From the sequence record PP410321: DNA of 64,000 bases. The stretch is one strand, 5' to 3'. The translations under genes were made by a program, and so were the position numbers. This DNA comes from Escherichia phage vB_EcoM_CUA3. Under the pieces are notes generated by a model. The model worked only from the letters and a program-made list of their open reading frames with translations. It was not told the origin of the DNA and searched no databases. Shown piece by piece: positions 54,105 through 64,000 of this stretch; position 1 is the first letter of the stretch; each line of letters starts with the position of its first letter.

Positions 54105-55270
54105 GTTCAAAAACTATGCAGCGTGAAGGCTTTCCTAATATCAGCATTCGCCTTTACGAAGATTATGACGCCTGGTTAGAGCATCGTTTTGTTGAACTAG
54201 GCGCGACATTTACTACCCTAACAATGCGAGACGGCCTTTACGGTAGTAATGAAGGATTGCTCCAGTTTTATGATGCAAAAAACCTTCATACTAAAATGGA
54301 TGGTGAACAAATTATCCAAGTTTCCGTTAAGAATGCCAACTCTGAACGTACCCAATCAAGAATTTACGGAAGTAAACACTTTGCAGTAGGGGTGGATTCT
54401 AAGGGCGACAATATCATAACAATACAACTCGCCCCTATCCACTTTTTAGAAAATCTTAAATTCGGACGTATGTTCTTCCCTAGCGTTCAAGAAACATTAA
54501 CCGAAATGATTGGGGTTATTTATCAAGACCGCCCGTTACTTGCTCCTCCTTTGAACGGAATAAACGTTTACGTTCCTAATGTTCCTTGGTGTGATTCAAT
54601 GGACAGATATATGGAATTTGTGCGAGAAGTAGGTATGGCTGTTGAATCCGATAAATTTGTATTTGTCTGGGAAGATATAGATGGTATTTCTATTATGGAC
54701 TACGAATTTATGGTTAATCAAGAGCCTATCAATTTTGTGGTGGGTGAGCCTCGTTTAATAGGCCAATACGTCCAAGATATGGATACCCCTATTGCATTTG
54801 ATTTTGAGTGGCTAACTAAAGCTAACCAACATACCAGAAAGCCGTATGAAAATGCTACAGTATACGCCCATTCGTTCCTAGATAAAAACGCTACACGAAT
54901 TACTTTTGGTGATGGACAAAACAGTATATTGGTTTCTCGTTCAGGTGGATATTCTGATTATACCTACCGAAACGGATTTGAAGAAGCTGATAGATTAGTT
55001 ACAATGGCCCAGTATGATGGTTATGCTCATTGCAAGGTATACGGAAACTTTGAGTTAACTCCAGGTGATAAGATTAATTTCTATGACCCTAAAAACCAAT
55101 TCCAGTACGATTTTTATGTAGACGAAGTTATTCATGAAGTGAGTAACAACACATCAATTACAAACCTTTATATGTTTACTAATGGTAAGCCTATTAAGAT
55201 TGAAGAGCCACCGAAGGTTAAAAATGAACTTAAAACTGATACTCCCGATCAAGAAAATAACGCTGGGTGA
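54101..55270 (+). CDS. 27: gp27 baseplate hub subunit
   Basis: 389 aa (T4 gp27 391); synteny. Confidence 0.92.
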   Translation: MSSKTMQREGFPNISIRLYEDYDAWLEHRFVELGATFTTLTMRDGLYGSNEGLLQFYDAKNLHTKMDGEQIIQVSVKNANSERTQSRIYGSKHFAVGVDSKGDNIITIQLAPIHFLENLKFGRMFFPSVQETLTEMIGVIYQDRPLLAPPLNGINVYVPNVPWCDSMDRYMEFVREVGMAVESDKFVFVWEDIDGISIMDYEFMVNQEPINFVVGEPRLIGQYVQDMDTPIAFDFEWLTKANQHTRKPYENATVYAHSFLDKNATRITFGDGQNSILVSRSGGYSDYTYRNGFEEADRLVTMAQYDGYAHCKVYGNFELTPGDKINFYDPKNQFQYDFYVDEVIHEVSNNTSITNLYMFTNGKPIKIEEPPKVKNELKTDTPDQENNAG

Positions 55271-55745
55271 TAAAGAGATTTCCATTCCTAAATTGGGTCT
55301 TAAACACCAAAAATTGGTTAAAGATGAAAAAGACCCTTATAAAGCTCTTCATATATTAATGAATTCCATTTATAAGGGTTTAACTGCAGCGGAAACCGAT
55401 TTCGCTGCTCTCCATCTTTTGGAATTCAATGGACGGTTAAAAGAAAAGGTGACTAAGGATGGATTTACGTATAACCTAAATGACCTTTATATCTGCCAAC
55501 GTCTTGAATTCCAATTCCAAGGTAAAACGTTTAAATTTAAATCGCATGAACCGTTCCAAACATTTGGTCCTGTTGATAGCGTACTACAATCTCTTTATCT
55601 TGGTGATGATGTACCAGATTTTCTGGATATGCCTGCCTTTGTTGCTACATGGGCCGACGATATAACTTCTACTGTAGCTATCCCTGGTCCTAATGGTCCT
55701 ATTAAAGGATTGCTTAAAATCATGGATATCTTAAATGAAGAATGA
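55224..55745 (+). CDS. 28: gp28 baseplate hub distal subunit
   Basis: About 173 aa; start taken at MNLKLILP (ATG 55224 after GAAGG), overlapping the gp27 3' end. Confidence 0.8.
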   Translation: MNLKLILPIKKITLGDKEISIPKLGLKHQKLVKDEKDPYKALHILMNSIYKGLTAAETDFAALHLLEFNGRLKEKVTKDGFTYNLNDLYICQRLEFQFQGKTFKFKSHEPFQTFGPVDSVLQSLYLGDDVPDFLDMPAFVATWADDITSTVAIPGPNGPIKGLLKIMDILNEE

Positions 55746-57471
55746 ATCTAATCAGAATAGTTTTCGTCGCAATAAACTGATTGAAGAAATGGCTCCTCAG
55801 CGTCGTGCTGAGGCGCTAGCACAAACCCAGAACGACGAATTAGGAAATATAACAGAAGCTTTATCAGAAACCCAGGCGGCGTCTGAATTGCTCTCTGAAG
55901 TTGTTGAAACAAAGTCTAATCAGATTATTAATTCTGTAGACCGAGTAGATAAAAGTGTTCAAGATGTTGTCGCCGGAACAGAATTAACAGCCGAAGCTAT
56001 ATCAGAACAGACCCAACAATCTAAAGCTCTTTCGGAAGCATTAAACGAAAAGATTAATAAGCTTTCTAATATGTTGGAGGCTAAATTTTCTGGTATTTCT
56101 ATACCACCAGACGGGAGCTCGTTAAAGGTTATTGAAGACTCTATTCCGGAAGAACCTAAGGCCGAAACTCCTAAAGTTCCTGCTGTTGTTGAAGATATTC
56201 TTCCGCCTGAAGATAATAAACCTGACGCTGAATTTGTACCAGAGCCTCCTAAAAATTCAAATGAAGGTAAAGAAGGTGATAAGTCTTCTCTTTCTGATAA
56301 AATCGAAGCCCTTACAAAAATAACCGAAAAAGGATTTAAAGCCTCTGTGGGTGTGGCTGATAGAATTTCAGGCATGCTTTTTAAGTATACCATTACCGCT
56401 GCCGCTGAAGCTGCTAAACTGGCTGCAGGTCTGGCCCTTTTAATATTTGGTATAGATGCTATTCGTGTATACTTCCAATATTTCATGGACCAATTTAATG
56501 AAGGGTGGAAGAAATTTAACGATAAGTTTAAAGAGTGGGGCCCTGTACTTGAAGGATTAATGACATGGGCCAAGAATGCTGAAGCTATGTTTAGCGAAAG
56601 AAATTGGTTAGGCCTGGCAGAAGCTATTATTCGTGGTATGGTTAATCTTACCAAAAATATGGCCCAACTTTTAATGCTCGGTATTTCTAAATTGATTTCA
56701 GCCATTTTAAGTAAAATACCTGGTATGGGTGATTTAGCTGAAAACGTAGAGGCTTCCGCCTTAATGTCATATCAACAAAATACCGGAGCCACTTTAGATG
56801 ACGAAGACCAGACTAAAGTAGCTAAGTACCATGATAGACGTTCAGCCGAGGCTTTAGAAGCAGCCGAGAAAATGAATAAGAAGTATAAGGATAAACCTGA
56901 GCTTATAAACCAGGCAGAGAAATACGGTAACCTTACTAAAGAACAAGCTGACCAATTACGCGCAGGTGGAATTGACACAAGCTTCCGTGACCTCCCTGAA
57001 GAAGAACGTTTAGAGTATTTCAAGAAACGTGATAAAGCCCAGGCTGATATTATTCGTTTAACCCAAACTGCCGATAATATAATGAAGCCTGATTCTAAAG
57101 ATATCGAAAATGCCAAGGCATTTAAAGCAGATATCGAGAAACAATTGGCCGACCCTATTATGGCTAAAGGTGGAGCACCGAAGGACCTTAATATCCAGCA
57201 ATTACTTGATAAGATGAATAAATCTTTAGAGAAATTTAATGAAGCTGAAAAGCCTAAACCTGCTTCTGTAGCGGAATCTCCTGAAAATACCCAGGTTAAA
57301 AAGGTTGATGAGCAAATGAGAGCAAAGGAAAATGCTAAATATAGTCAGCAAGCTCCAACTCAAATAAATCAGCAAACGAATATCAAGAAAACGAGTAAGA
57401 CCAGCTATAATTTGCCACCACAGTCTTCTACTCCTGCTCCTGGTATGCGTCAAGCTACTAAAGTTAATTAG
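55735..57471 (+). CDS. 29: gp29 baseplate hub subunit / tail length determinator
   Basis: 578 aa (T4 gp29 about 590); synteny. Confidence 0.9.
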   Translation: MKNESNQNSFRRNKLIEEMAPQRRAEALAQTQNDELGNITEALSETQAASELLSEVVETKSNQIINSVDRVDKSVQDVVAGTELTAEAISEQTQQSKALSEALNEKINKLSNMLEAKFSGISIPPDGSSLKVIEDSIPEEPKAETPKVPAVVEDILPPEDNKPDAEFVPEPPKNSNEGKEGDKSSLSDKIEALTKITEKGFKASVGVADRISGMLFKYTITAAAEAAKLAAGLALLIFGIDAIRVYFQYFMDQFNEGWKKFNDKFKEWGPVLEGLMTWAKNAEAMFSERNWLGLAEAIIRGMVNLTKNMAQLLMLGISKLISAILSKIPGMGDLAENVEASALMSYQQNTGATLDDEDQTKVAKYHDRRSAEALEAAEKMNKKYKDKPELINQAEKYGNLTKEQADQLRAGGIDTSFRDLPEEERLEYFKKRDKAQADIIRLTQTADNIMKPDSKDIENAKAFKADIEKQLADPIMAKGGAPKDLNIQQLLDKMNKSLEKFNEAEKPKPASVAESPENTQVKKVDEQMRAKENAKYSQQAPTQINQQTNIKKTSKTSYNLPPQSSTPAPGMRQATKVN

Positions 57472-57473
57472 GA

Positions 57474-58568
57474 TTGACAATGAAAGTAAAAGAAATTGAC
57501 ATTGATATAGCCTCCTTATTTAAAGGAGGTTCAAAGACCTCCGCGGGCCAGTCTAAAGCTAAACCGGTCCAAACTACGGTAACTGCACAGTATCCAGCCG
57601 AAAGGGCCTCCGGCAATGATACCTCTACAGATATGGTGTTAAGCGATTTATATAAAAATGGATTACTTTTTACAGCATATAATTTTAGCTCTCGTGTATC
57701 ACCAGATTTGCGTAACGACCGTTCAAGCCAAATGACTAAAAAGTTTTCAAAAGCCGCTAGTAAGCTTACTGGTAATAATGGCGGATTTAGTGCAGTTAAA
57801 AACTTGTTTAGTAACAACTCTAAAGGAGTTAAATTTGACAGCCAGGCTTTAGCCAATATTTTACTCCCACGTTCTAAATCTGACGTTGATTCGGTCACCC
57901 ATAAATTTAATGATGTAGGCGAATCCTTAATTACTAAAGGCGGTGGTACTGCTACAGGTATTTTGAGTAACGTTGCAAGTACTGCTGTATTTGGCGCATT
58001 GGAATCTGTAACCAATGGTGTAATGGCCGATTCCGGTGAGCAAATATACACCACCGCTCGTAGTATGTATGCAGGGCCAGATAACCGTACTAAGGTATTC
58101 ACTTGGGAAATGACCCCTAGAAATGCTCAAGACCTTATTCAGATTATTAAAATATACGAAATCTTTAATTACTATTCTTATGGCGAAACTGGTAACTCAG
58201 CCTTCGCTGGTGAATTAAAAGAGAAGATTGATACTTGGTACCGTTCCACGTTTAAAAAAGAAGCCATTGATAACTTTGATGGTAAACTATTAGGCGAAGG
58301 TATTACGAGCTTCCTTTCTAACGTTATTGTGGTAAGTAACCCAACTATTTGGTATATCAGAAACTTTGGCGATAGTAGTTCATATGATGGCCGTGAAGAT
58401 ATTTTCGGACCATGCCAAATCCAAAGTATACGATTTGATAAAACTCCTGATGGGCATTTTAATGGTTTGGCTATTGCTCCTAACTTACCGTCCACGTTTA
58501 GTTTAGAAGTTACTTTCCGTGAAATCATTACTTTGAACCGTGGCTCACTTTATACGGAAGGATTCTAA
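57474..58568 (+). CDS. 48: gp48 baseplate tail tube cap
   Basis: 364 aa (T4 gp48 364); synteny. Confidence 0.92.
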   Translation: MTMKVKEIDIDIASLFKGGSKTSAGQSKAKPVQTTVTAQYPAERASGNDTSTDMVLSDLYKNGLLFTAYNFSSRVSPDLRNDRSSQMTKKFSKAASKLTGNNGGFSAVKNLFSNNSKGVKFDSQALANILLPRSKSDVDSVTHKFNDVGESLITKGGGTATGILSNVASTAVFGALESVTNGVMADSGEQIYTTARSMYAGPDNRTKVFTWEMTPRNAQDLIQIIKIYEIFNYYSYGETGNSAFAGELKEKIDTWYRSTFKKEAIDNFDGKLLGEGITSFLSNVIVVSNPTIWYIRNFGDSSSYDGREDIFGPCQIQSIRFDKTPDGHFNGLAIAPNLPSTFSLEVTFREIITLNRGSLYTEGF

Positions 58569-59521
58569 TGTATACTTTACAAGAATTTCAAAACCAGGCA
58601 ATTAATATTGACCTGCAGAGGAATAACCTGTTTAGTGTAGTATTTGCTACAGTTCCTTCTTCTAAATCTCAAGCGCTCCTCGACCAGTTCGGTGGAGCCT
58701 TATTTAATAATATTCCTTTAAATACAGATTTGTTTGGCATTACTCAAGGAGAGTTGACCCAAGGTGTTACGACATTAGTGACAGCGGGCACTCAGAAGTT
58801 GATTCGTAAGTCAGGCATAAGTAAATATCTGATTGGAGCTATGTCATCCAGGGTTGTGCAGAGCTTACTAGGAGAGTTTGAAGTAGGTACATATCTGATG
58901 GATTTTTTCAATATGGCCTATCCTACCGCAGGTCTTTTAGTCCATGCTGTTAAAATTCCAGATAATACCTTGAATTATGAAATGGATTTGAACCATAACT
59001 CGCCTAATATAAAAATTACTGGGAGAGAATATTCTCCATTGGTATTAAGCTTCCGTATGGATTCTGAAGCTGCCAACTACCGTGCTTTTAATGATTGGGT
59101 CAACAGTGTCCAAGACCCTATTACACAGTTAAGAGCATTACCGGAGGATGTTGAAGCTGACATCCAAGTCAACCTTCATTCTCGTAATGGATTGCCGCAT
59201 ACAGTAGTAATGCTTAATGGATGTGTTCCTGTAGGTGTTTCTTCGCCTGAATTATCTTATGATGGCGATAACCAAATTGCTTCGTTTGATGTTACATTTG
59301 CTTATAGAAGTGTACAGACAGGTGCAGTTGGTAAACAAGCCGCTTATGAATGGCTGGAAGATAAAGTCCTTAAAGGCGTAGCAGGCATAAGTGAGAGTAA
59401 CTCATTAAGTTCTTCTGTAGCTAAACTAAGCCGACTTTCAGGAGCTTCTAGTGGATTGACTGGATTGGTTAATACATTTGGTGGGCGTGCTATTAATAAT
59501 GGGGTATCGAGGTTGTTATAA
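58568..59521 (+). CDS. 54: gp54 baseplate tail tube initiator
   Basis: 317 aa (T4 gp54 320); synteny. Confidence 0.92.
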   Translation: MYTLQEFQNQAINIDLQRNNLFSVVFATVPSSKSQALLDQFGGALFNNIPLNTDLFGITQGELTQGVTTLVTAGTQKLIRKSGISKYLIGAMSSRVVQSLLGEFEVGTYLMDFFNMAYPTAGLLVHAVKIPDNTLNYEMDLNHNSPNIKITGREYSPLVLSFRMDSEAANYRAFNDWVNSVQDPITQLRALPEDVEADIQVNLHSRNGLPHTVVMLNGCVPVGVSSPELSYDGDNQIASFDVTFAYRSVQTGAVGKQAAYEWLEDKVLKGVAGISESNSLSSSVAKLSRLSGASSGLTGLVNTFGGRAINNGVSRLL

Positions 59522-59522
59522 C

Positions 59523-59550
59523 AAAAAAGGAGAGCGTATGCTCTCCTTTA
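59523..59550. terminator. terminator hairpin between convergent gene 54 and the minus-strand small ORF
   Basis: aggagagc-gtat-gctctcct 8-bp stem; A run upstream on plus gives a T run after the hairpin on the minus strand. Confidence 0.6.
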
Positions 59551-59555
59551 GGGGG

Positions 59556-59846
59556 TTATTTGCGGAACGAGATAAAACCTGCAGCGGTCATTAATGGCTG
59601 CTTTTTAACAAAGACCGTAATAGAAATAGGAGCTTCAGATTCAAGCTGACCGGTTACTACGCCATTAAAGATATTTTCGGTTTGTTCGGGTTGTGAAAAA
59701 TTTTCAACCGGACGTAAGTCGAACTGCTTGTCTTCACCGAAAACTCGACGTAATTCATTACCTACTGCACTGTCGAACTCTTCAGAAGCAGGGATAACGT
59801 TTTCAACTACCAACTCTTGACCATTAAAACGGAATGCAGATTTCAT
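59556..59846 (-). CDS. hypothetical protein (96 aa) downstream of alt
   Basis: ORF track; position corresponds to the small alt.-1/-2/-3 ORFs of T4, but no similarity established. Confidence 0.5.
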   Translation of the reverse strand: MKSAFRFNGQELVVENVIPASEEFDSAVGNELRRVFGEDKQFDLRPVENFSQPEQTENIFNGVVTGQLESEAPISITVFVKKQPLMTAAGFISFRK

Positions 59847-59903
59847 AATGTTCTCCTCATGTTTATGTAAGGTAATAGTACCACATCCTTGTTGTGATGT
59901 AAA

Positions 59904-62027
59904 CTACATTTTGAATTTATTTGATAAAGAAGAGATGTCCAAAGATGCAGCAAGGATTTCCATAGCCTCATTACTTTCTGAAACAGATTCTGAAATTAGG
60001 AATTCTTTAAACCCGTTCATCAATTTAACTTCACCGGTTTCCATCAAATGGTCACCATCGTAAACAGATTCACTGAGCTCTGAAGGAGACGTTACGGTAG
60101 CTTCCATAAGGTATTTGTGAGATACTCTATCGTTCATAGCAAAAGCCGCTACTTTATCAACCTTCAACAACAATCCACGCGGAAGGATAATTTCTGCTTC
60201 TTCGGCGTATTCTGTAAGGTCACCAGGAGCGATAACTTTAACTGCTTCAGCACCTCTAATAACCATACCAATTTCGGCAATTCTATCTGCAGGACCTTCA
60301 GGTGCAATTGGATTACCAAACTCGTCTTCTTCCCATTCTACCTCTTCGTCATCGACTTCACCCACATCAGATGAACTACCGCTGGTCAATTTAAACAACT
60401 CATCAGCAGAGGATAAAGAACCTTCACCACCAACAAAAACGGCTTGGTTGTCGAGGGCCATATAATTTTTACCGAATTCACCAAAGATGTTAGGCTTTAA
60501 TGAGGCTGATACAAAGTTCTTAAAGTAAAATGTTTTGTTATCGATATTATGACGCAGAATTTTGTATGGCAAATCCTGACCACGATACAAAATAGTACCC
60601 TTAGGAAGTTTAATACCCTTAGTAAATGCTGAGTCTAAATCCTTAATCAATCTAATAGCCGTTGTATTGTTTTCGGATTCAGGTTTACCTAAAAGGAATA
60701 AGTTCATAGGAGCATATTCGGCCGCACAATATTCAATAATGGCGTTACTTTCGTCTTTAGTCAAGCCCTTAGGTTTAATGAGCTCGCCTGAATAAGCATA
60801 CGCATCACCAATAGAATCGTTAATCAGTTTATAAACGGCTTCCATAGCGAAAGCAATTCGGGATGCTTTCTCTGAAGGAGTACCCTTAAAACGGGTGCTC
60901 AGGTTATTAACAATTTTCTTAATAATATCCAGACTATTGGTTGTATTGATTTGCGAAAGGCCGCTTAAAAGTCTATCGACTTCTGTATTAAAAAATGCCA
61001 TATTTTTAGAGTAAATTTCAAACCCTTGTTTATCTCTATTAGCATAGTTTAGTTTAAATTTACTATCGGTCATTAAAGCGTGCGTAAGAGCAATGGTGTA
61101 TCTAAAGTTGGCAAGGTCCTCACTCTTAGATTTAAACTGAGAGGCCTGACGCATTTTAGTAATAGCACCTTTTTTAAAGTTCTGGCTAATCTGTTCAATA
61201 CCTTCGTTCTCAGGGCCTTCGGCCGAGTGAACAGGGACAGAAGCTTCAAACTCGTTATAAACCTGCAATTCTTTAGGTGATAAAGTTTCAGGTTCAGCAG
61301 TAGAATACTGCGCTGCTGCAGCCATACGACGGGAAATCTTAGTACGAGAAATAACAGCCTTATCGGTACGTTTCTCTTCAACCTGTGCAATAGATGCTGC
61401 TACGGCTTCTACCTTACTTACGGCCTGGCCGGTTTTCTTAGAAACATAAACTTCACCGACTTTAGACTCAACCTTGGTATAAAGGTCCGCATCAATTTCA
61501 GGCATACCCTTGATATCTTCGATATTAGTGCCACGACGTGCTAAAAGAACGTATGTATGTTTACCACTAAACTGGAACATATCATCGACAACTTTAAACT
61601 TACCACCGGTACGTGCCATCGCCAAACGAGCTAATACACGCTGAACGGTAGGACCCTTACCTTTCATTTTCTTGGTAGGGAAACGGAACAGAACTGCGTC
61701 CATTTTAAGTTTATTTACTTGTTCATATATTGTATCGAAAATAGTATTCAATGCGCCAAGTGGGTCTGGACCAAGACCACCTTTGAGTTCAGCCGGAGCA
61801 CCCTTGCTCGATAAACTCATTAGAATAACGTGGACATATTTGTCGCCGGGCTTAACCATTTTAATAGCGTCTCCTTGAGACGCATAAGATACCATACGAG
61901 CAACCAGGTTATCATTACCTGGTGCTTGGATAGAGAAAATCTGTGGGATACCTGAGCCTGGCTTAAGATTTGTTACTGGATAGTTTTTAGCTGAATCACT
62001 ATCAAAAACTTCGTTTAAATTTTCCAT
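59904..62027 (-). CDS. alt: Alt-like ADP-ribosyltransferase, copy 1 (707 aa)
   Basis: Alignable with T4 Alt along its length as recalled; ART motifs visible: …TILYRGQDL…, …FYFKNFVSASL…, …EEAEIILPRG… (R, S-x-S and E-x-E). Confidence 0.9.
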   Translation of the reverse strand: MENLNEVFDSDSAKNYPVTNLKPGSGIPQIFSIQAPGNDNLVARMVSYASQGDAIKMVKPGDKYVHVILMSLSSKGAPAELKGGLGPDPLGALNTIFDTIYEQVNKLKMDAVLFRFPTKKMKGKGPTVQRVLARLAMARTGGKFKVVDDMFQFSGKHTYVLLARRGTNIEDIKGMPEIDADLYTKVESKVGEVYVSKKTGQAVSKVEAVAASIAQVEEKRTDKAVISRTKISRRMAAAAQYSTAEPETLSPKELQVYNEFEASVPVHSAEGPENEGIEQISQNFKKGAITKMRQASQFKSKSEDLANFRYTIALTHALMTDSKFKLNYANRDKQGFEIYSKNMAFFNTEVDRLLSGLSQINTTNSLDIIKKIVNNLSTRFKGTPSEKASRIAFAMEAVYKLINDSIGDAYAYSGELIKPKGLTKDESNAIIEYCAAEYAPMNLFLLGKPESENNTTAIRLIKDLDSAFTKGIKLPKGTILYRGQDLPYKILRHNIDNKTFYFKNFVSASLKPNIFGEFGKNYMALDNQAVFVGGEGSLSSADELFKLTSGSSSDVGEVDDEEVEWEEDEFGNPIAPEGPADRIAEIGMVIRGAEAVKVIAPGDLTEYAEEAEIILPRGLLLKVDKVAAFAMNDRVSHKYLMEATVTSPSELSESVYDGDHLMETGEVKLMNGFKEFLISESVSESNEAMEILAASLDISSLSNKFKM

Positions 62028-62030
62028 TAT

Positions 62031-64000
62031 TTACCCTTGGATGAATTTTTCTGGGATGTCATAGAGGTCTATGCATGAAGCCAAAAGAGGCAGTACGTCA
62101 AACCGTGTAGATTTAACAAATGAATCAAAAGATACAGGGCTTTCGGAAGTATCGAAGTCATCTTGATATACAACCAATTCACCGGTTTCCATTAGTACGT
62201 CACCATCATACACTACAGATTCTTGAAGCTCATCTGTCGTCATAACTTCAGCTTGAATGAGTTTTGTATTNNNNNNNNNNNNNNNNNNNNNNNNNNNNNN
62301 NNNNNNNNNNNNNNNNNNNNNNNNNNNNNNNNNNNNNNNNNNNNNNNNNNNNNNNNNNNNNNNNNNNNNNNNNNNNNNNNNNNNNNNNNNNNNNNNNNNN
62401 NNNNNNNNNNNNNNNNNNNNNNNNNNNNNNNNNNNNNNNNNNNNNNNNNNNNNNNNNNNNNNNNNNNNNNNNNNNNNNNNNNNNNNNNNNNNNNNNNNNN
62501 NNNNNNNNNNNNNNNNNNNNNNNNNNNNNNNNNNNTCTAAAAGACCTACACCGGCATGGGTAACACCAAAACGACCGAAAATAATAGGGGTCAGTGAAGT
62601 TGATACAAAGTTTCTAAAATAGAATACTTTATTTTTNNNNNNNNNNNNNNNNNNNNNNNNNGTCATACTCTGTGCACGATAAACTGTGATGCCTTCAGGT
62701 AATCTATCGCCGTTTTCAAAAGCAGAATCCAAATTATTAACTGCAGATTCGATATCTTTTTCGCTCATAACTTCATAGTTCTGAGGATTATATCGTCCTA
62801 AAAGAAGGTTATTGATATCGNNNNNNNNNNNNNNNNNNNNNNNNNNNNNNNNNNNNNNNNNNNNNNNNNNNNNNNNNNNNNNNNNNNNNNNNANAGTAAT
62901 ATCAACCATAATACCGCCACCTACACCAGCAAAACTATAAACACGTTTTTTAATGAACTTGGTCTTAGCGGCTTTCCACTTAGACTCGGTCAATTCGTTC
63001 CAGAGGTCGTCAGGTTGACCTTTACGAGTTTTGTTATGCTTAGCCAGCCATTCGCCTTTATATTCTTCAAAAACTGTATTAATAACAGAGGCATATTTTT
63101 CTAGAGCTTTAACAGATGTCAAAGGTTCGTTTTTGATGGCTGTAAGGATTTTCTCTTTAATTTTCTCTTGGATTTCACCTATACCGTGAAGAGGAAACAT
63201 TTTATAATCGTAATGCAACTCTTCAGCAGTGCCTTCAGCTACTATATTAGCAACCTTATTTTTAGCCGCAGGAGAATTGTTATTAGTAACCATTTCTTGG
63301 GCATCAGGGATTAATGGAGCTGTTGCCGGTTTATTAAAATCAGCGGCAGTGGCTTCATATTTCTTAAACAGTTCGCTTTCATTACGATAGGATTCTAAAG
63401 ACTGGCTTGCCGCAATAGCACGTCGAGAAATCTTAGTCTTGGTTATAACCATTTTATCGGTGCGACGTTCTTCAACTTTAGCAATACTGCCGGCAATAGC
63501 AGTTTCTTTAGTAACCTGCACGCCTTCTTTTTTAGAAATATAAACTTCACCGACATCAGAATCTACCTTAGTGTATAATTCGGAATTAATTCCAGGCATA
63601 CCTTTGATATCTTCGATATCAGCTTGTTTACGGACTACCAGGATGTAAGTATGTTTACCGGTAAATTGGTACATAGCCGGAACCACTTTAAAACGTCCAC
63701 CGGTTTTCTGCGCTACCAAACGTTGGATAATACGTTGAACGATAGGGCCTTGACCTTTCATTTTCTTAGTAGGGAAACGGAACATCACGGCATCCATACG
63801 AAGCTTTTTAACTTGTTCGAATACTACGTCGAAAATGGTATTGATAGCATCAATAGGAGTAGGGCCTAAGCCACCTTTGAGTTCAGCCGGAGAACCTTTA
63901 GCTGAAAGGCTCATAAGGATAACGTGGGCGTATTTATCACCTAATTTAACCTGTTTAATAGCATCGCCTTCAGAGGCATAAGATACCATACGAGCCACCA
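62031..64000 (-). CDS. Alt-like ADP-ribosyltransferase, copy 2 (N-terminus beyond window end; internal N runs)
   Basis: Parallel to copy 1 (…VARMVSYASEGDAIKQVK…, …GITVYRAQSM…, …FYFRNFVSTSL…, C-terminus …ASCIDLYDIPEKFIQG like T4 Alt); stops 3 nt before the copy 1 ATG. Confidence 0.85.
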   Translation of the reverse strand, partial: VARMVSYASEGDAIKQVKLGDKYAHVILMSLSAKGSPAELKGGLGPTPIDAINTIFDVVFEQVKKLRMDAVMFRFPTKKMKGQGPIVQRIIQRLVAQKTGGRFKVVPAMYQFTGKHTYILVVRKQADIEDIKGMPGINSELYTKVDSDVGEVYISKKEGVQVTKETAIAGSIAKVEERRTDKMVITKTKISRRAIAASQSLESYRNESELFKKYEATAADFNKPATAPLIPDAQEMVTNNNSPAAKNKVANIVAEGTAEELHYDYKMFPLHGIGEIQEKIKEKILTAIKNEPLTSVKALEKYASVINTVFEEYKGEWLAKHNKTRKGQPDDLWNELTESKWKAAKTKFIKKRVYSFAGVGGGIMVDITXXXXXXXXXXXXXXXXXXXXXXXXXDINNLLLGRYNPQNYEVMSEKDIESAVNNLDSAFENGDRLPEGITVYRAQSMXXXXXXXXXKNKVFYFRNFVSTSLTPIIFGRFGVTHAGVGLLXXXXXXXXXXXXXXXXXXXXXXXXXXXXXXXXXXXXXXXXXXXXXXXXXXXXXXXXXXXXXXXXXXXXXXXXXXXXXXXXXXXXXXXXXNTKLIQAEVMTTDELQESVVYDGDVLMETGELVVYQDDFDTSESPVSFDSFVKSTRFDVLPLLASCIDLYDIPEKFIQG

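Overview
This window is a ~64 kb stretch of a T4-like (T-even, Tevenvirinae) myovirus genome, with gene order and protein sequences colinear with the T4 late-gene region. From the sequence alone I read: (i) a minus-strand accessory block (69-3546) that includes a tandem array of five small paralogous proteins sharing a conserved C-terminal Trp/Ser-Ser/terminal-Cys tail; (ii) a minus-strand tRNA cluster (Arg-UCU, Asn-GUU, Ile/Met-CAU) with a terminator and flanking unassigned RNA-like sequence; (iii) an internal-protein locus with at least one gene starting with the T4 capsid-targeting sequence MKTYQEF and a ~25-nt promoter/leader motif repeated three times; (iv) minus-strand genes 57B-57A-1-3-2-4; (v) plus-strand baseplate, tail, neck, terminase and head genes 53-5-5.1-5.4-6-7-8-9-10-11-12-wac-13-14-15-16-17-18-19-20-67-68-21-22-23-24; (vi) a second, divergent gp24 paralog; (vii) rnlB, hoc (four Ig-like repeats) and inh on the minus strand, uvsW and uvsW.1 on the plus strand, uvsY-25-26 on the minus strand, 51-27-28-29-48-54 on the plus strand; (viii) two tandem alt-like ADP-ribosyltransferase genes on the minus strand, the second truncated by the window end. 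T4 late promoters (TATAAATA) and stem-loop terminators are visible at many gene boundaries. Long N runs mask large parts of the window (notably 3578-4232, 4679-4993, 5088-5558, 13369-14009, 21900-22640, 23934-27090, 44887-45257, 45595-47613), so every ORF-track entry that spans an N run is an artefact and several gene ends are unresolved. All homology statements come from my recollection of T4 proteins and motifs; no database search was run. The most unusual content is the small-protein array, the duplicated gp24 and alt genes, and the enlarged masked intervals in the gp12-wac and rnlB-hoc regions.
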